A DNA stretch of 62,180 nt, the filler included. It is 5 parts of 5 records of this genome, joined end to end, with 100 filler letters (N's around TTAATTAATTAA, not from the genome) between each part and the next. Parts side by side here need not be neighbours in the genome. Positions count along the whole stretch, not along the records: positions 6,829 to 37,909 come from SRR31156797_27653; 4 more parts are not named here. One strand, 5' to 3'. The translations under genes and the position numbers were made by a program. Positions 23,512 through 34,263 of this stretch are shown in pieces. Position 1 is the stretch's first letter; every line of letters begins with the position of its first letter. The notes below the pieces were generated by a model that worked only from the letters and a program-made list of their open reading frames with translations, did no database searches and was not told the DNA's origin.

Positions 23512-25284
23512 TCAAGGCATTGATGAACCGCCGGGTTCCACCACATGGAGTTTCGTTTCACCCTGGGTCCCTTTCAGGGGTGCCGAAAACGACCGTTGAA
23601 CCTTGAAGTGCTCATTTTCCAAAATCCGCTCGTAGACCGATTGGGAAATCACCACATCTCCGCCCCGGGCTTCGGATTGAATGCGCTGGGTGATGTTTAC
23701 GGGAGACCCCACAATGCCGTATTTGGCTCTGGTTTCGGAGCCGATATTCCCCACAACCACTTCACCGGCATTGACCCCGATACCGGTTTGAAACGCCGAA
23801 AAGCCCTCCGCTTTCATTTCCCGGTTGAAAAGCGCCATGGCCGCCTGCATGGCAAGAGCACAGGAAACACTTTTTACGACCACGGGTTCAACCGGGGATT
23901 CAAGGGGATCGAAAAAGACCAGGACCCCGTCACCGAAAAAATCCACAATGATCCCCTGGTGTTGTTGAATCACTTCAATGAGCCGGGTAAAATACCGGTT
24001 TAAGTAGAAAATGATCCGGTCTGGACTCATGCTTTCGGAAAGGGGTGTAAACCCTCGAATATCCGACATGAGGATCGCCACCTCGCGCTTTTCACCGCCC
24101 AGCCTGGATGCTTCCGGAAGCGCCATCAGTTTTCCGGCGATTTCCGGATCAACATAACGGCCGAAGGTATTGGCCACAAAATCCCTTTCTTTCAAACCTT
24201 CCACCATGGTGTTGAAACTTCGGGTCAACCGGGCGATCTCATCGTGTCCGTATACGGGAAGCGGTTTTCCATAGCGACCTCTGGCCACCTGGCCGGCCGC
24301 ACTGGAAATGGCGGTAAAGGAGCGAACCATTTTTCCCACAACACTCTGATTGAGGAAAAGGATTGAGAGGATCACCAGAATCCCGCTTACAAAATAGATA
24401 TTACGGAAACGGATGATGGGCCCCAGCACCTCTTTGCCGGGGGCAAATAAAACGATGGTCCACGGCGCAAGGGAGAGTCGGTAGAACCCACCCACCTGAT
24501 CGGGAGGCCTGCGCGATCCCAGGAGCGTACCATAAGGTTTTTGTGTCATCGCCGCCAACAGTGCCAGTTCAAAGGGGTCATCCGTTTCCCCGAAGCGTTT
24601 TCGACCTGCCATGACACTTTCGCTATGGGCGATATATCTTCCCGCTTCATCCACCAGACATGCCTGATCGGTCTGCCACCAGGCCAGGGCTTTGACCCCC
24701 TTGACCAGGTACTGGAAATCCACCGTCACCAACAGTTTTCCCACCACGGATCCTGAATCACCTTTTAGTTGAGAAATAATGGAAACCGTTTCCCGGCCGG
24801 TCTCGGTATTATAGCTGGGCGGGGTCACTTCCGCAATACGGCCCCTGTGAAACCGCATCATGGACATACCGCCCTTTCCCCGAGCCATTCCACGCGACCA
24901 CATGTGATCGGACCGAAAAGACGATTCCGGTTTTGTCCACTTCAATTTGACATCGGTAACGCCATTAAGGCCCTTGATCTGTTCAAGTATCCATTGTTGG
25001 ATCAACTCCCCGCCGCGGCTGTCGGAAGTTCTATGGAACATCTCGATCCAGTCATTCAACCGTCCCAGCCGCATATCGATCTCATGGGCGGCCCGCTGGA
25101 GCTTTAGAATGGAAGCATCCTCCCATTCTTTGAAAAGCGTACCGCGCATGAACACAAAACCCGACACCCCCACCAGAACCAACATGAACCCCACCGGCAA
25201 AAGAACCAAAAGGCCGATGCGCTGCCTGAGGCTTTCTATTCTCATGGGGTTTCGCAACCGGTTCTTGCCGAAGACAGGGCTCAT
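23512..25284 (-). CDS. Membrane class III adenylate/guanylate cyclase (periplasmic sensor, HAMP, cyclase domain)
   Basis: Two TM segments; DEIARLTRSFNTM (HAMP); SDIRGFT, FFGDG, GEVVVGNIGS, VNITQRIQ. Confidence 0.9.
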   Translation of the reverse strand: MSPVFGKNRLRNPMRIESLRQRIGLLVLLPVGFMLVLVGVSGFVFMRGTLFKEWEDASILKLQRAAHEIDMRLGRLNDWIEMFHRTSDSRGGELIQQWILEQIKGLNGVTDVKLKWTKPESSFRSDHMWSRGMARGKGGMSMMRFHRGRIAEVTPPSYNTETGRETVSIISQLKGDSGSVVGKLLVTVDFQYLVKGVKALAWWQTDQACLVDEAGRYIAHSESVMAGRKRFGETDDPFELALLAAMTQKPYGTLLGSRRPPDQVGGFYRLSLAPWTIVLFAPGKEVLGPIIRFRNIYFVSGILVILSILFLNQSVVGKMVRSFTAISSAAGQVARGRYGKPLPVYGHDEIARLTRSFNTMVEGLKERDFVANTFGRYVDPEIAGKLMALPEASRLGGEKREVAILMSDIRGFTPLSESMSPDRIIFYLNRYFTRLIEVIQQHQGIIVDFFGDGVLVFFDPLESPVEPVVVKSVSCALAMQAAMALFNREMKAEGFSAFQTGIGVNAGEVVVGNIGSETRAKYGIVGSPVNITQRIQSEARGGDVVISQSVYERILENEHFKVQRSFSAPLKGTQGETKLHVVEPGGSSMP

Positions 25285-25865
25285 AAATTCACATAAGGCC
25301 TCACATCCACAAATTGCATACCCGCGGCCCGGGCCGCCTGCAATCCCGGATCGCCGTCCTCAAACACTTGGCACAATTCGGAAGACACATCCATCTGTTT
25401 TGCGGCCTCAAGGAACATCTGAGGATCGGGTTTGGGTTTCAAACCGTCGTCCGCCGTAATCACCGCTTCAAAAAAATCCCCCATCCCGATGGCGTTCAAC
25501 GTTCGAAGCACGTTTTTCTCCGTTCCCCCCGAAACCACACTCATGGGCAGCTTTCCCCTGTAGTCCAGGGCAATTGTTGCCACCGGCATGATGGGTTTGA
25601 CCGTCTTCAACCTTTCATAACTCATTTTGTTTTTGGCATCCGATAACGCTTTGATATCAAAATCCGTCCCAAATTTCCGGTTGAAACGAGCCACGATTTC
25701 TTCGGCCGGCATGCCTCGAAGGGGCTGTAGAAAATCCACCGGGCAGTCGTGCCCATGGCGTTCCATGGTCTCCTGCCATGAGTGGGTATGGATGGTCATG
25801 GTATCGGCCAGGGTGCCGTCGCAATCAAAAATCAGGCCTTTTATGCCCTTATAAACTGAGATCAT
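25281..25865 (-). CDS. HAD-family phosphatase (YqaB/beta-phosphoglucomutase-like)
   Basis: IFDCDGTLADT, KPKPDP, VFEDGDPGLQAA. Confidence 0.88.
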   Translation of the reverse strand: MISVYKGIKGLIFDCDGTLADTMTIHTHSWQETMERHGHDCPVDFLQPLRGMPAEEIVARFNRKFGTDFDIKALSDAKNKMSYERLKTVKPIMPVATIALDYRGKLPMSVVSGGTEKNVLRTLNAIGMGDFFEAVITADDGLKPKPDPQMFLEAAKQMDVSSELCQVFEDGDPGLQAARAAGMQFVDVRPYVNL

Positions 25866-26118
25866 CTTTCCTCCTGACGGGTTTGGGAAATAAAAACATT
25901 TGAATAGAGTTTAGCAAAACAGTATGCTTTTTGTATATGAATTTAACGGAGACCCCTCCACATGAAGTTCACCTTGCTGAAACGAAACCTTCTGTTCTTT
26001 ACGTTAATGAGCTTTTACGCTTCATGTGGTCGTGAGGATATTTTCGAGGATAAAAGAGACCTGGTGGCTCGGGGATGCCACTGCCCGCACCAACAGGAAA
26101 TTTTTAAAGGAGAAAGAG

Positions 26119-26541
26119 ATGGATCCAACACGGCTTGAGAAGATCATTCAGAAACGACTCGCACTTCCCGAAAACGAATTTAAAACCATTCGTGAGAACC
26201 CCAAATTCCAGCGTCTTTTCGCCAATGCACTCAAAGCGTCGCAATACCGCCTGGTGGCCACGGTGGTGGAATCCAAAGGGTGTCATTCCCGGCACCGGGT
26301 GGGCCAGAGGATCGTGTTCGATTCCTCCGGAAACCTGCTGACAAATGAATCCCCCGAACGGGTATGCGCCTTTTTAATGCCCAACCTGGTGGTATTGATC
26401 AACGCCTTTTTCGAAAATCTCATGAACGGAAGGGATCCCAACGAAATCATGTTCAATCGCACCGGCTGTTTCGACGTGGGTCCCGCCTGCGGCGGTTGGG
26501 GCCACGTGGTGGTGGAAATGAAAGCGGAACCCAATGATTGA
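26119..26541 (+). CDS. Small Cys-containing hypothetical protein (resembles TIGR04076-type proteins)
   Basis: AAGGAG SD before ATG 26119; VVESKGCHSRHRVGQ...VCAF...GCFDVGPACGGWG. Confidence 0.6.
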   Translation: MDPTRLEKIIQKRLALPENEFKTIRENPKFQRLFANALKASQYRLVATVVESKGCHSRHRVGQRIVFDSSGNLLTNESPERVCAFLMPNLVVLINAFFENLMNGRDPNEIMFNRTGCFDVGPACGGWGHVVVEMKAEPND

Positions 26542-26578
26542 GTAAAAGATTTCGGTCAAAAATTTAACGGAAAGCCGG

Positions 26579-26607
26579 TTGACAGTCAAAAACGGGTATG
26601 GTATCAA
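26579..26607 (+). promoter_or_regulatory. Putative sigma70 promoter of the M23 peptidase gene
   Basis: TTGACA-N17-TATCAA with a TG extended -10 element. Confidence 0.5.
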
Positions 26608-26671
26608 ACGGTTTCATGATATCCATATGAATGGCTTCCTCCACTTATTATCCTCTATCTGGAGTGTTTTA

Positions 26672-27580
26672 TTGTTTTCTAAAAAGTTCACCGTATTGCT
26701 GGTTCCGGAAGGGACCACCAGCGTAAAACAATTCAGGCTTCCGAAAATACTTCCTGTTTTTGCGGTTCTTCTGTTGGCCGGTTTCGTTTTCCTGGGTTTC
26801 GGAATCATAAAAGATTATCTTTCCCTCAAAGCAAAAGCCCCCAGAATGGCCTTGCTGAAAGCGGAAAACGCACTTCAGCAAAAACAGTTGATCCAGATGG
26901 CGAGTCGTATTGACGCCGTCACGCTGGACATGGTCGAACTTAACAAACAGGATAAAAAGTTGAAAACCCTCGCCGGCCAGGTAGGCGCCGATGATATGGG
27001 GAAATTCAGGGGCATCGGAGGTTCCGACGCCGGTTTGCTCAACCCGGAGGAAAATCTGCGCAAGGCTGACCGCAAACTGGTCCGCACCATGCACCGATCC
27101 CTGGATGATCTTGAAAGTGCCATAGAACAGAGCCGGGAAAACTATGCGGAACTGGAAAAATTCCTTGACGATCAAAAAATGCTTCTGGCCTCAACGCCAT
27201 CCATCTGGCCCACCAAGGGATGGTTGAGTTCCCGTTTCGGCTACCGCACCAGCCCGTTCACCAAGAAGAAGGAGTTTCATAGGGGAATTGATGTCTCAAC
27301 AAGGACGGGATCCCCGGTTCTTTCTCCTGCGAATGGACTGGTCATTTTCAACGGCTGGAAGCGCGGCTACGGCAGGGTCATCATCATGAAACACGGCAAA
27401 GGGTTCAAAACAAAATATGCCCACTTGAAAAAATCTCTCGTCAAGAAAGGGCAGTATGTCAAAAAAGGCACAAAAATCGGTCTGGTCGGAAGCTCCGGCC
27501 GAACAACCGGTCCCCACCTTCATTACGAAGTTCACCTGAACAATGCCCCTGTAAATCCGCTTCGCTATATTTTTAATTGA
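26672..27580 (+). CDS. M23 family peptidase (membrane anchor + coiled coil)
   Basis: TPSIWPTKGWLSSRFGYR, FHRGID, YAHL, TTGPHLHYEV. Probable TTG start after GGAG. Confidence 0.9.
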   Translation: MFSKKFTVLLVPEGTTSVKQFRLPKILPVFAVLLLAGFVFLGFGIIKDYLSLKAKAPRMALLKAENALQQKQLIQMASRIDAVTLDMVELNKQDKKLKTLAGQVGADDMGKFRGIGGSDAGLLNPEENLRKADRKLVRTMHRSLDDLESAIEQSRENYAELEKFLDDQKMLLASTPSIWPTKGWLSSRFGYRTSPFTKKKEFHRGIDVSTRTGSPVLSPANGLVIFNGWKRGYGRVIIMKHGKGFKTKYAHLKKSLVKKGQYVKKGTKIGLVGSSGRTTGPHLHYEVHLNNAPVNPLRYIFN

Positions 27581-27730
27581 TATCCAGATTTTTTACCCCC
27601 CTTTTTGGGCAATCCCCGCCTCAAGAATCACCCCATGGTGCATAAGCCCTTGATTTTTAGATCGCAAAGTTTTTTAATGCGGCCTGACGCCATTATCACC
27701 TCATAAATCCCGTTTAATTGGTAGGACATC

Positions 27731-30592
27731 ATGTTTGGAAAATTTATAAAAGGAATTTTCGGCAGTAAAAACGAACGTACGCTCAAAGCACTGGCTCCCC
27801 TGGTGGAGCACATCAACCGGCTGGAACCGGATTTTCAGCGCCTCACGGATGAGGAGCTGTTTTTAAAAACATCTGAGTTCAAAGAGAGGCTTAACAAGGG
27901 AGAAACGCTGGACGACATCCTGCCCGAAGCTTTTGCCACCGTAAGGGAAACCTCGGTCAGAACCCTGGGCATGCGACATTTTGACGTGCAACTCATCGGT
28001 GGGATCGTGCTTCATGAGGGAAAAATCGCTGAAATGAAGACCGGCGAAGGCAAAACCCTGGCGGCCACCCTGCCACTCTATCTCAATGCCCTGGAAGGCC
28101 GGGGAGCCCACCTGGTAACGGTCAATGACTATCTGGCCAAGCGGGACGCCGAATGGATGGAGGCCATATACCGTGCTCTGGGTCTGAGCGTGGGGGTGAT
28201 TGTACACGGCATGGATGATGCCGAACGCAAAGAAGCCTATAACTGTGACATCACTTACGGCACCAACAATGAATTCGGTTTTGATTATCTTCGCGACAAC
28301 ATGAAATTTGAAGTGCAGGAATTTGTTCAAAGGAAATTCCGCTACGCCATCGTGGATGAAGTGGACAGCATCCTCATTGATGAAGCGCGAACCCCGCTGA
28401 TCATCAGCGGTCCCATGGAACACAGTGAAAACAAGATATTCGAGGAGGTCAAACCCCTTGTCATCCAACTCAGGCAGAAACAGGGGGCCATTATCCGTTC
28501 TCTTTTAAAAGATGTGCGCCAGCTTCTGGATAATGAGCAGTTGGATGACAACACCATTGAAACACTGCTTAAAATCAAGAGAGGAGACCCCAAAAACCCT
28601 AACTATCTGGACTTGGTGGCCCAGAACCAGGCGTTGAAAAAACAGATCGACCGAACGGAAAGCATGTTGCGAAGCCAGAAAATCCTTCCTGAGCTGGACC
28701 AGGATCTTTACTGCACCATCGATGAACAAAGTAACTCAGTGGAACTGACCGAAAAGGGGATCGAACTCCTCTCGGGGAGAGGGTCGGAAGATTTCATGCT
28801 CCCCGACCTGGACAACGAAGGCCATAACATCCGTCAGGATGAAACCCTCAGCGATGCGGAAAAGGAAGAAAAGCTCAGGGAAGTTGAAACACGATACATG
28901 CGGACATCCGAACTGCTCCATGCCATCCAACAGCTGGTGAAAGCCTTCTGGCTCTTTGAAAAAGATGTCCAGTACGTCATCAAAGACAACCAGATCGTCA
29001 TCGTGGATGAATTCACGGGGCGGATGATGCCGGGACGTCGGTGGAGCGACGGCCTGCATCAGGCGGTGGAAGCAAAGGAGGGGGTCAAAGTTGCCGGCGA
29101 AAACCAGACCCTGGCCACGGTGACCTTTCAGAATTATTTCCGCATGTACGAAAAGCTGGCCGGCATGACCGGTACGGCAGATACGGAAGCGGCGGAGTTC
29201 AATAATATCTATAAACTGGAAGTGGTGGTCATTCCCACCAACAAGGAAATGGCGCGGGTCAATTACCCCGATGTCATTTACAAAACCGAAAGAGAAAAAT
29301 TCAAAGCCGCCGTTGATGAAATCAAGGAACTTTACGACAAGGGTCAGCCGGTGCTTGTGGGGACCATCTCCATTGAAAGATCCGAGATGCTGAGCAAGAT
29401 GCTCAAACGGGCCGGCGTGCCCCATTCCGTACTCAATGCCAAACACCACCAGAAAGAGGCGGAAATCATTGCCAACGCGGGACAGGCGAAAACGGTCACC
29501 ATTTCCACCAACATGGCCGGCAGGGGCACGGATATCGTACTGGGGGAAGGGGTTCGCGAACTGGACGGGCTCCATATCCTGGGAACCGAACGACACGAAA
29601 GCCGGCGGGTGGACAACCAGTTGCGGGGTCGTTCCGGCCGCCAGGGCGATCCGGGCACTTCCCGTTTTTATCTTTCCCTGGAAGATGATCTGTTAAGGAT
29701 TTTCGGTTCGGACCGGATCTCCTCCATCATGGAACGGATGGGTATGGAAGAAGGTGAACCCATTGAACATAACCTGATATCCCGGGGCATTGAAAATGCT
29801 CAGAAAAAGGTGGAGGCCCGCAACTTCGACATGCGGAAGCACCTCCTGGATTATGATGACGTCATGAACAAACACCGGGAAATCATCTATGCGCTCAGAA
29901 AAAGCATCCTGGAAGGAAAAAACTTTCAGGAAATTATCGAAGACATGATCGACCAGAAGATTGAGGCAATGGTTGAACAGTGGATCGATCCCAAAGCGTA
30001 CCCCGAAGACTGGAACCTGAAGGAGTTAAACGACAGCATTTCCTGGCTGTTCGGTTTCCCCGCCAATGTGGGTCGTGAAGAGATGGGAGAGGAGGCCTTT
30101 GATTCTCTGAAAATGGAAGACCTCCCGGAACTGATCAAAAAGCGCGTCCTCTCCGAATACAGGGAAAGGGAAAAGCTGTTCGGAAAAGAAGATCTGGCGC
30201 GTTTGGAGCGTTATCTGATTCTTCAAATCATCGACGACAAATGGGTGGCCCATCTGCAAGCCATGGACCACATGAAGGAAGGGATCGGGCTTCGGGGCTA
30301 CGGTCAGCTTGATCCGCTTAAAGAATATCAGAAAGAGGGATTTGCCCTGTTTGGGGACCTCATGGATCAAATCCGGGAAGAAACCCTCAGAACCCTTTTC
30401 CGGATACAGATCGTACGCCGGGAACCGGATGTCATGCCCAAAAAGAAAAAAAGGGAACTGAACCTCAGTCACGGGGATGGCGACTCAGGCGGCGTTACGG
30501 TTCGGCGGAAGGAACAAAAGATCGGCAGGAATGCGCCCTGCCCCTGCGGCAGTGGAAAAAAGTACAAGAAATGCTGCGGGATTGGAAAATAG
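27731..30592 (+). CDS. secA: Preprotein translocase ATPase SecA
   Basis: [44 protein letters not shown]-terminal [13 protein letters not shown]. Confidence 0.98.
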   Translation: MFGKFIKGIFGSKNERTLKALAPLVEHINRLEPDFQRLTDEELFLKTSEFKERLNKGETLDDILPEAFATVRETSVRTLGMRHFDVQLIGGIVLHEGKIAEMKTGEGKTLAATLPLYLNALEGRGAHLVTVNDYLAKRDAEWMEAIYRALGLSVGVIVHGMDDAERKEAYNCDITYGTNNEFGFDYLRDNMKFEVQEFVQRKFRYAIVDEVDSILIDEARTPLIISGPMEHSENKIFEEVKPLVIQLRQKQGAIIRSLLKDVRQLLDNEQLDDNTIETLLKIKRGDPKNPNYLDLVAQNQALKKQIDRTESMLRSQKILPELDQDLYCTIDEQSNSVELTEKGIELLSGRGSEDFMLPDLDNEGHNIRQDETLSDAEKEEKLREVETRYMRTSELLHAIQQLVKAFWLFEKDVQYVIKDNQIVIVDEFTGRMMPGRRWSDGLHQAVEAKEGVKVAGENQTLATVTFQNYFRMYEKLAGMTGTADTEAAEFNNIYKLEVVVIPTNKEMARVNYPDVIYKTEREKFKAAVDEIKELYDKGQPVLVGTISIERSEMLSKMLKRAGVPHSVLNAKHHQKEAEIIANAGQAKTVTISTNMAGRGTDIVLGEGVRELDGLHILGTERHESRRVDNQLRGRSGRQGDPGTSRFYLSLEDDLLRIFGSDRISSIMERMGMEEGEPIEHNLISRGIENAQKKVEARNFDMRKHLLDYDDVMNKHREIIYALRKSILEGKNFQEIIEDMIDQKIEAMVEQWIDPKAYPEDWNLKELNDSISWLFGFPANVGREEMGEEAFDSLKMEDLPELIKKRVLSEYREREKLFGKEDLARLERYLILQIIDDKWVAHLQAMDHMKEGIGLRGYGQLDPLKEYQKEGFALFGDLMDQIREETLRTLFRIQIVRREPDVMPKKKKRELNLSHGDGDSGGVTVRRKEQKIGRNAPCPCGSGKKYKKCCGIGK

Positions 30593-30604
30593 GGGTGAGG
30601 TAAA

Positions 30605-31810
30605 ATGATGTCTGGACCTATGGGTGAAGAAACAACAGTTGTACGAGGATTCAAAGCGGCTGCCGTGCATTCCGGCCTGAAAAAAGGGCCCCGCTCCGAT
30701 ATGGCCTTGATTGTATCTGAAACCCCGGCTTCAGCAGCAGGTGTGTTCACAGCCAACAAGGTTAAAGCCGCCCCTGTCCTCCTGACCCGGGAGCACATTT
30801 CATGCGGCACCGCCCGCGCCATCATCGCCAACGCCGGAAACGCCAATGCCTGCACGGGAAAGCCCGGGTTTACGGATGCAGCTCAGACCGCGGATCTCGT
30901 GGGAAGGGCACTGGGGATTTCACCTGAAAGCGTCCTGGTGGCATCCACGGGTGTTATCGGCCAGAGGCTGGATATGGACAAGGTTTCAAGGGCCGTTCCT
31001 GAATTGAAAGCGACCCTGGCACCCGAAGGCATACCCATGGCCGCGAAAGCCATCATGACCACGGACTCTTTCCCCAAGACCAGCCGTTTCGACGGCATGG
31101 CTGAAGACCGGCCCTACCGGATTTCAGGGCTTGCCAAGGGTGCAGGCATGATTATGCCGGACATGGCCACCATGCTCTGCTTTATCCTCACCGATATCCG
31201 GATAGCTCCGGAGACCCTTCAGAAAATCCTTCGGGTTGCCACGGAAAAAACCTTTAACCGCATCACCGTGGACGGAGATACCAGCACCAACGACATGGTA
31301 TTGGTGCTGGCCAACGGCATGGCCGGCAACACGGGCTTAAAGGAAAAAGATCTTGCCCGCTTCGAAGAAGGTTTGACGGTTGTTATGGAAGATCTGGCAC
31401 GGATGATCGCAAAAGACGGCGAGGGCGCCACAAAATTGGTGGATGTGGTGGTCAACAATGCCTCATCCGCCGAGGATGCCCTGAAGGCTGCCAGAACCGT
31501 GGCCAACTCAAGCCTTGTTAAGACCGCTTTTTACGGGCAGGACCCCAATTGGGGAAGGATTATGGCAGCCCTTGGACGGGCGGACATTGAAATGGATGAA
31601 ACGTGCGTTGATATCCGGATCAATGATGTTCAGATCGTATCCGGTGGACTTGCCAGTGGTGTGGAAGCGGAAAAACAGGCGGCTCGGATCATGACGCGGA
31701 AAGAATTCGTGCTCAGTATAGACCTTCATCAAGGCAACCACCGTGACCGTATCATCACCAGCGATCTGACCCACGAATACATCAACATCAATGCGGATTA
31801 TCGAACCTAG
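30605..31810 (+). CDS. argJ: Bifunctional glutamate N-acetyltransferase / ornithine acetyltransferase
   Basis: AKGAGMIMPDMATML, ITVDGDTSTND, KDGEGATK, DPNWGRI, YININADYRT. Confidence 0.97.
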   Translation: MMSGPMGEETTVVRGFKAAAVHSGLKKGPRSDMALIVSETPASAAGVFTANKVKAAPVLLTREHISCGTARAIIANAGNANACTGKPGFTDAAQTADLVGRALGISPESVLVASTGVIGQRLDMDKVSRAVPELKATLAPEGIPMAAKAIMTTDSFPKTSRFDGMAEDRPYRISGLAKGAGMIMPDMATMLCFILTDIRIAPETLQKILRVATEKTFNRITVDGDTSTNDMVLVLANGMAGNTGLKEKDLARFEEGLTVVMEDLARMIAKDGEGATKLVDVVVNNASSAEDALKAARTVANSSLVKTAFYGQDPNWGRIMAALGRADIEMDETCVDIRINDVQIVSGGLASGVEAEKQAARIMTRKEFVLSIDLHQGNHRDRIITSDLTHEYININADYRT

Positions 31811-31831
31811 ATCTTGGTCAAGGAGGTTGTC

Positions 31832-32908
31832 ATGTTTGCAGTGATCATGTGTGGTGGTTCCGGGACACGTTTCTGGCCTGCGAGTCGAAGGCAGCGGCCA
31901 AAACAATTCTTGGAGATTACGGGAAAGGGAGCAATGGTGGTGGACACCTGCAACCGGCTGACGCCGTTAATGGCTGACGACAGGGTCATCCTGATTCTGG
32001 GAAAAGAACACCTGGAAGAAGCCGAGGGGCTCTTTGAAGGGCGAAGGGTTCATATACTGGCGGAGCCGGTGGGGAGAAACACGGCCCCCTGCATGGGCCT
32101 GGGTGCCCTTTATGCAAGGCATCTGGGGTCCGAAGAGCCGGTTGCATTCCTGCCGGCGGATCATTTCATCAGCAAGCCCGAGGCATTTCTTAAGGATCTT
32201 GACGCCGCCGGGAAACTGGCCGCCGACGGGGGCATCGTGACCCTGGGGATCGTGCCCACGCGACCTGAAACCGGTTACGGCTATATCCGGAAAACCCGGG
32301 ATACCACCGGTTCAGGTGCCACATCCGCTTACACGGTCTCGGCCTTCGTGGAAAAACCCGATATTGAAAAAGCGCACGATTATCTCAAAAGCGGCCACTA
32401 TTACTGGAACGCCGGTATTTTCGTTGCCACTCCGGAAACCATCCTGACGGAAATTGAAACGCAATTGCCTGACCTTCACAAGGGGCTTGAGCAGATTGCC
32501 CTGAGCCTGGGAACGGATCGCTTTGAAACGGAATTCAAAAGGGCCTACGAAAACATGAAAGGCATTTCCTTTGATTACGGCATCATGGAAAACACCGGGG
32601 CCCGGGTTTATGTGATCCCCTCGGAATGTGGCTGGAGCGACGTGGGGTCATGGGAATCCCTATACGAATTGAGAGGAGCCGAACGCGACAGAGACTGGAA
32701 TCTGACCGAAGGGGAAACCCTCCTCATGGACTGCGAAAAGAGTTTCGTTTCAAGCCGGGGAGACCGGCTTTTGGCATGCCTCGGCCTCAAGGAATGCCTG
32801 GTGGTGGATACGGGAGATGCCGTACTGGTGGCAGACCTTGCCCAGTCCCAGAATATTCGCAAAATCGTGGACCGACTCAAAGAAACCGGAAAAGACACCC
32901 TTCTATGA
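31832..32908 (+). CDS. manC: Mannose-1-phosphate guanylyltransferase
   Basis: GGSGTRFWPASR, EPVGRNTAP, PETGYGYI, FVEKPD, WSDVGSW; AGGAGG SD. Confidence 0.93.
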   Translation: MFAVIMCGGSGTRFWPASRRQRPKQFLEITGKGAMVVDTCNRLTPLMADDRVILILGKEHLEEAEGLFEGRRVHILAEPVGRNTAPCMGLGALYARHLGSEEPVAFLPADHFISKPEAFLKDLDAAGKLAADGGIVTLGIVPTRPETGYGYIRKTRDTTGSGATSAYTVSAFVEKPDIEKAHDYLKSGHYYWNAGIFVATPETILTEIETQLPDLHKGLEQIALSLGTDRFETEFKRAYENMKGISFDYGIMENTGARVYVIPSECGWSDVGSWESLYELRGAERDRDWNLTEGETLLMDCEKSFVSSRGDRLLACLGLKECLVVDTGDAVLVADLAQSQNIRKIVDRLKETGKDTLL

Positions 32909-34251
32909 TCCCGCACATTTTCAGGGAATATGATATCCGCGGCATTTTCCCCGACGAATTGAACGAAGATACCGTTTACCGTCTGGGACGCGCTTTCGGT
33001 ACTTATTTGCATGAAAATGGCGCCAAAGGCATATCCCTTGGCCGGGATTGTCGGCTCAGTTCCCCTGATCTGTTGGAATGGCTTTCCCGGGGGCTGCTTA
33101 AATCCGGCATCAGGATTGTGGATGTGGGCACGGTTCCCACCCCCATACTCTATTTCACCCTTCATCAACTGCATGTGGACGGCGGCATACAGATTACCGG
33201 AAGCCATAATCCGCCTGAGTTCAACGGCTTTAAAATCTGCCTGGGGCACGCATCCGTATATGGTGATGAAATCCAGGCCATCCGGAAAATTGCCGAATGG
33301 GAAAATTTCATAACCGTGAAAGGCTCCCTTGAAAAAACCGTGGTGGATGAATCGTATATCCGGCATATGGTTCAAAACATTCACACGGGACCCCTGGCCA
33401 TAAAAGCGGTGGTGGATGGGGGCAACGGCGTTGCCGGTCCTCCCGCATTGGAAATTTACCGCCGCCTGGGTTTTGTTATTCATCCCCTTTTCTGTGAGCC
33501 GGACGGCCGGTTCCCCAATCACCACCCGGACCCCACCCTTCCCGAAAACCTTCAATCCCTCAGAGAAGTTGTTCACAGGGAGAAAGCGGATGTGGGTATC
33601 GCCTTTGACGGAGACGGGGACAGAATCGGGGTGGTGGACCGTGAAGGACGTATCATCCCGGCGGACCATTTGATGATGATCTTCTCCCGGGACCTGTTGA
33701 TGCGGCACAAAGGGGCCAAAATAATCGGGGACGTTAAATGCTCCCAAGCACTATTTGATGATATTCGGGTCCACGGCGGAAAACCCATCATGTGGAAATC
33801 CGGGCACTCCCTCACCAAGAGCAAGATGCAGGAAGAAGGCGCTCTCCTGGCGGGCGAATTGAGCGGACATATTTTTTTCAAAGAACGATATTTCGGATAT
33901 GATGACGCCATTTATGCCGGCGCAAGGCTGCTGGAAATCCTTTCAAAGACCGGTGAGGGATTAGGCGGGCTTCTCACGGGCTTACCGGATTTGGTGAACA
34001 CCCCTGAAATTCGCCTGGATTGCCCTGAAACCAAAAAATTTAAAATCGTAACCGCCGTTGCCGACCAGTTCAGAAAAGACCACGAGGTCATAGACCTGGA
34101 CGGCGCCAGGGTCCTCCTGGACGGGGGCTGGGGCCTCATCAGGGCTTCCAATACGCAACCGGCACTGGTTCTTCGCTTTGAAGCTGAGAATGAAAAGAGG
34201 CTGGAGGAGATTCAAAATCAGTTTATGGAAAAAGTCGCAAAATTGATTTAA
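32905..34251 (+). CDS. Phosphomannomutase/phosphoglucomutase
   Basis: IFREYDIRG, ITGSHNP, FDGDGDR, GELSGH, RASNTQP; ATGA overlap with manC. Confidence 0.95.
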   Translation: MIPHIFREYDIRGIFPDELNEDTVYRLGRAFGTYLHENGAKGISLGRDCRLSSPDLLEWLSRGLLKSGIRIVDVGTVPTPILYFTLHQLHVDGGIQITGSHNPPEFNGFKICLGHASVYGDEIQAIRKIAEWENFITVKGSLEKTVVDESYIRHMVQNIHTGPLAIKAVVDGGNGVAGPPALEIYRRLGFVIHPLFCEPDGRFPNHHPDPTLPENLQSLREVVHREKADVGIAFDGDGDRIGVVDREGRIIPADHLMMIFSRDLLMRHKGAKIIGDVKCSQALFDDIRVHGGKPIMWKSGHSLTKSKMQEEGALLAGELSGHIFFKERYFGYDDAIYAGARLLEILSKTGEGLGGLLTGLPDLVNTPEIRLDCPETKKFKIVTAVADQFRKDHEVIDLDGARVLLDGGWGLIRASNTQPALVLRFEAENEKRLEEIQNQFMEKVAKLI

Positions 34252-34263
34252 ATTTAGATAAGA

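Noticed and set aside
32626-32904. N-terminal extension of the phosphomannomutase ORF (541 aa in the track)
   Set aside because: It overlaps manC; the family N-terminus (IFREYDIRG) and the ATGA coupling support a start at 32905.
32608-33747. 379-aa minus-strand ORF (also 28736-29596, 3696-4544, 56426-57274 and similar)
   Set aside because: Antisense shadows of well-supported genes, explained by codon bias.
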